A stretch of DNA of 64,000 nt from Neovahlkampfia damariscottae. Its lineage: Eukaryota. A program made the position numbers and the translations under genes. Below are positions 60,809 through 64,000 of the stretch, one piece after another. A model generated the notes under the pieces. It had not been told where the DNA came from and ran no database searches. It saw nothing but the letters and a program-made list of their open reading frames with translations. How positions within the stretch are numbered: the stretch's first letter is position 1; the number at the start of each line of letters is the position of its first letter. Where the stretch lies: contig JABLTG010000001.1 in assembly GCA_016618085.1 (NCBI GenBank), positions 1-64,000 of the forward strand, given 5' to 3'.

Positions 60809-63800
60809 TTATGTATTTGTGTTGTGTGAAAAAAATTTTTTTTTTGTGTATGAAAATATCAACATAATAATCAATAAAATGACAACTACTATAGTCACAG
60901 ATAATAATCCAAATGAAAATAAAAATTGAGGTGTGAAATTTGGAAAGATCAATGTATCATTCCTTGGTGATGAAGGTGGAATTGGATTTGGATTTGGAGA
61001 AGGTTTTGGTGATGGCAATGGTTGATCAGTTTCTGTGATATTATATTTTGATAAAACAAATGTTCTAATTTCCATTGGTTTCAATAAAATTTCTTGTGTA
61101 ACATTCACATCTGATAATTTATGCATCAATGAAACAGTTGTTTCTTTTAATGGATAAATTGTGAAATTCTTGAATACTCTTGATAGAGAAATAAATGTAG
61201 GTTGTTTTTCTTCATTTTTTTGATACAAATTTTGAAGTCTTACAATGAAAGTCATATTGTTAATTAAATCAAATGAGAGTAAATGTAAATTCTTTGGAAA
61301 TGCTTTGCTGATCGATTCAGGAAGTTTCAAGTTGCTTTTTGGAATTGGTTTGGTTGCCAATATATTCGGTGGATAATTCAATTCATAAGATAATGTATGT
61401 CTTTGTTCAACACTTTGTTCAATATCAGCAACAAGTAATCGGAATTTACTTTTGCTTATTGATAAATCGAACATTGATTCTCCAACACCTCTTCCATCAT
61501 CCATGGATGATCTTCGTTTCAACATGATCTCCAATGATCCATTTCTAAAACTAGGACCGACTCCATGAGTATGTGAACTCATCACAGTGACTTGTTCATC
61601 ATATTCATCATCTTTCACAAATGCAGAATACACAAGTGGATAGTATGATGCTTGAATTTTGTTTGTTTTTCTTTTCTATTGAAAATAAATAAGTCATCGA
61701 TTTCTTACTGATTCTCTTTCATGAACTTCCAATCCATTTGCGTCATGATAATATTTGTTATTTTGAATGTTATTGTGAGCAAACATGGTTCCTATTTCTG
61801 AATCAGTGGGAATTCCAAAAGGATGACCAACTTTCATATTAAATTCAGAATACTTTTTGTTGTGAAAAATTTTGATTATTTGTTCACAATAATAATCAAA
61901 TCTTTGATGAATCATAGTAATTAATGGACCTCTCAAAATGAAGTTTTCAACACCAATTTTTGGATTTTTGATATTAAAATGTTGTTTTGTTGGAGCAAAG
62001 ATGTATTTCCCACTTCCCATTGTTTCATATCTGAAAAATTCTTGTGAAAGAGGAACAGACCTGTTTTTCACTTTATCATGCATGTAAATCAAATGATCAG
62101 TTGAAAAAAAGTAATCAAAATAAGGATTACCAACATTGAATGGGTTTGATTCATTTTTAAATTTGTAGAGTTCTTGTTGGCATTTTTTTGCAAACACTTT
62201 AGTGAATCCCATTGCTGGGATATCAATTTGAAAATGAAGTTCGAATTCATCAACAAGAGGTTCATCTGGGAAGAGATCTATATTACTCTGTGATGGAATT
62301 TTTTGATCATTTGAATCAAATAAACAAATAGATGGATTTGATAAGTATAAAGTCAAATAATCACTTCGGTTCCAAGAAAGTGAATTGTAAAAGACTAATT
62401 CAACCATCTCTGAATCTTTGAGTGATTTTAATTCCTCTTTGACATTAAAACTTAATGTTGTTTTGGTTAAAAATTCCAATGAATTCTTTATAATTTTTTT
62501 CCCATTTGAAATACCTTGATCTAAAATTGGAAAATAACAATCATCATTAATGCGTTTTTTTGATGTTCCTGTGATTGCATCATGATGTGTTGTGTCAGAT
62601 AATGACTTTTCTAAATAATTCAATAATTCAATATTTTCATTATAATTGAAAGAGTCTCTGTCATCTTTCAAAAAAACTGTTGAGAGAAGGAAGTTTGAAT
62701 TCCTGAAATATGCTTCAGCGCTTCTTATTCTTCGTTTTAAAACTGGATAAGAAGTATAAAAGCCACTCCAATAATCATTTGGATTATCAGAATAAGGATT
62801 AAAATCTGATTGATAAGTTAATTCTTTTGATATTGACAGTTTTGAAAAATATTCAGAAAGTAAACTGAATTTTATATCAATTCCATAATATCTTTTGATT
62901 TCTTCAATGACAGGGGCCATTGAATTCAACATATCCATATCTCGTTGTTCAGCGAATGTGAAATCGCATCCAATTGGTAACAAAAAATCATTAGTTGAAT
63001 AACCCTTTGATCTTTCCTAAAATCGTTATTTTGAATTCAAATCGTAGTTTACATTTATAGAATCAATCATTTTATTGACTCGATGCTCAAGATTCTCTTT
63101 TGTTGTTGGACCATATCCCCAATGATCAATATTGAAAAACCTATATTCACAATAATTTTCAGACATGATGTGTGTTAAAAATTCATATTCAGTTCCAACA
63201 TTTTGATTTTGTTTCCACCAAAATTCTAATTGATTTTTTGATATTCTTTCTTGTTTTTCATTATAAGGAATTCTCTGATGAACAGTTGCATTAAAACCTG
63301 TTAATTTATGTATACGATTAACAGCAGAAGAAGCACCAAATGGATCAATTGACCATCCAATTTTTGGATAAAATTCTTCGGTAAACCTTTTTTTGATATA
63401 TTTATGACCTGAAGTTAATGTTGTGATAATTGAAGAATAAGTGTTACAAGCTTCATCTGGCATAGTTCTTCCTATCAAAATTCTTTTTTAAAAAACATCA
63501 TAAAATACCTCCTAAAACAAACTCAATCTGTTTGTTTTTCAATTGTTTTATAAAATTGTCTTTTAATTCATCTGTGATTTTTTTATCTTCGAACCACATT
63601 TGAATGTAAGTTCTTTTTTTTAAGTTTCTTTTTTTAAACTTACATTTCTGAAAATACAAAACGTAGATTTTTATCTTTTTCGTTGTTTTGAATGATGTTG
63701 GTGATTACATAAGTTACATCATATTCGTAATATTCGTCAATGGTTTTAAGCCAACCTACATCCCAGTGAGAATGTGGTAATAAATGAACTGATATATTTT

Positions 63801-63876
63801 GATTATCCAATTTTTGATATTCAGAGTGAATCAAACTGAATAAACCAAACAACAATAACAACAACAGTGACTTCAT
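60809..63876 (-). CDS. GH38 (lysosomal-type) alpha-mannosidase with C-terminal TM anchor
   Basis: Signal peptide, PHSHWDVGWLKT, GWSIDPFG, YWSGFYTS, HHDAITGT, DANGLE, DDGRGVGE; Pro-rich linker plus TM; several introns. Confidence 0.93.
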
Positions 63877-64000
63877 TGAGTTTTGGAAGGTTGAATGAAA
63901 AATCATTGGATAAAATGAAATAGAAATAACAGGAAAAATTTGAAATGTTTTTTTTATTTGAGTTAAATTAGAATTCATTTTTTTTTTAAATTTTATTTTT

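Noticed and set aside
505..63876. Alternative genetic code or programmed frameshifting as the cause of fragmented ORFs
   Set aside because: In conserved genes (PP4, PDHB, DIM1, D2HGDH) the breaks I traced are resolved by short GT-AG introns, and TAA/TGA end genes at the expected positions
1..64000. tRNA, rRNA, CRISPR arrays, transposase or reverse-transcriptase genes
   Set aside because: None recognised by eye; a covariance-model scan would be needed to exclude small RNAs formally

Overview
Left end of a very AT-rich, gene-dense eukaryotic (protist) chromosome read in the standard genetic code. The expanded RGS families and tiny introns suggest a Naegleria-like heterolobosean (inference only). 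The window opens with a (CCCAAA)n = TTTGGG telomere. About 9 kb of subtelomeric gene turnover follows: an LRR pseudogene, an RGS-START-RGS-START gene with decayed copies, and an AlkB relic. The rest holds about 40 tightly packed genes split by 28-45 nt spliceosomal introns, which is why the ORF track is fragmented. Recognisable genes include PP4, Elongin A, D2HGDH, ACL4, a TBC RabGAP, DIM1, PDH-E1beta, Trf4/PAPD5, CDC7, ATAD5/ELG1, UTP13 and a GH38 mannosidase. The most interesting items are: (1) two paralogous ~1,100-aa membrane proteins that appear to fuse an MFSD1-like MFS transporter to a PHTF/gustatory-receptor-like (7TMIC) module; (2) a eukaryotic RtcB2-type RNA ligase with a DCX/KHA-like N-domain whose active-site motif GTIGGGNH needs a 4-nt microexon; (3) an intact but apparently catalytically dead PEP synthase; (4) a divergent RlmJ-like methyltransferase; (5) a CCAAT box shortly upstream of most start codons. 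All gene models and family calls were made by eye from motifs and were not database-verified.
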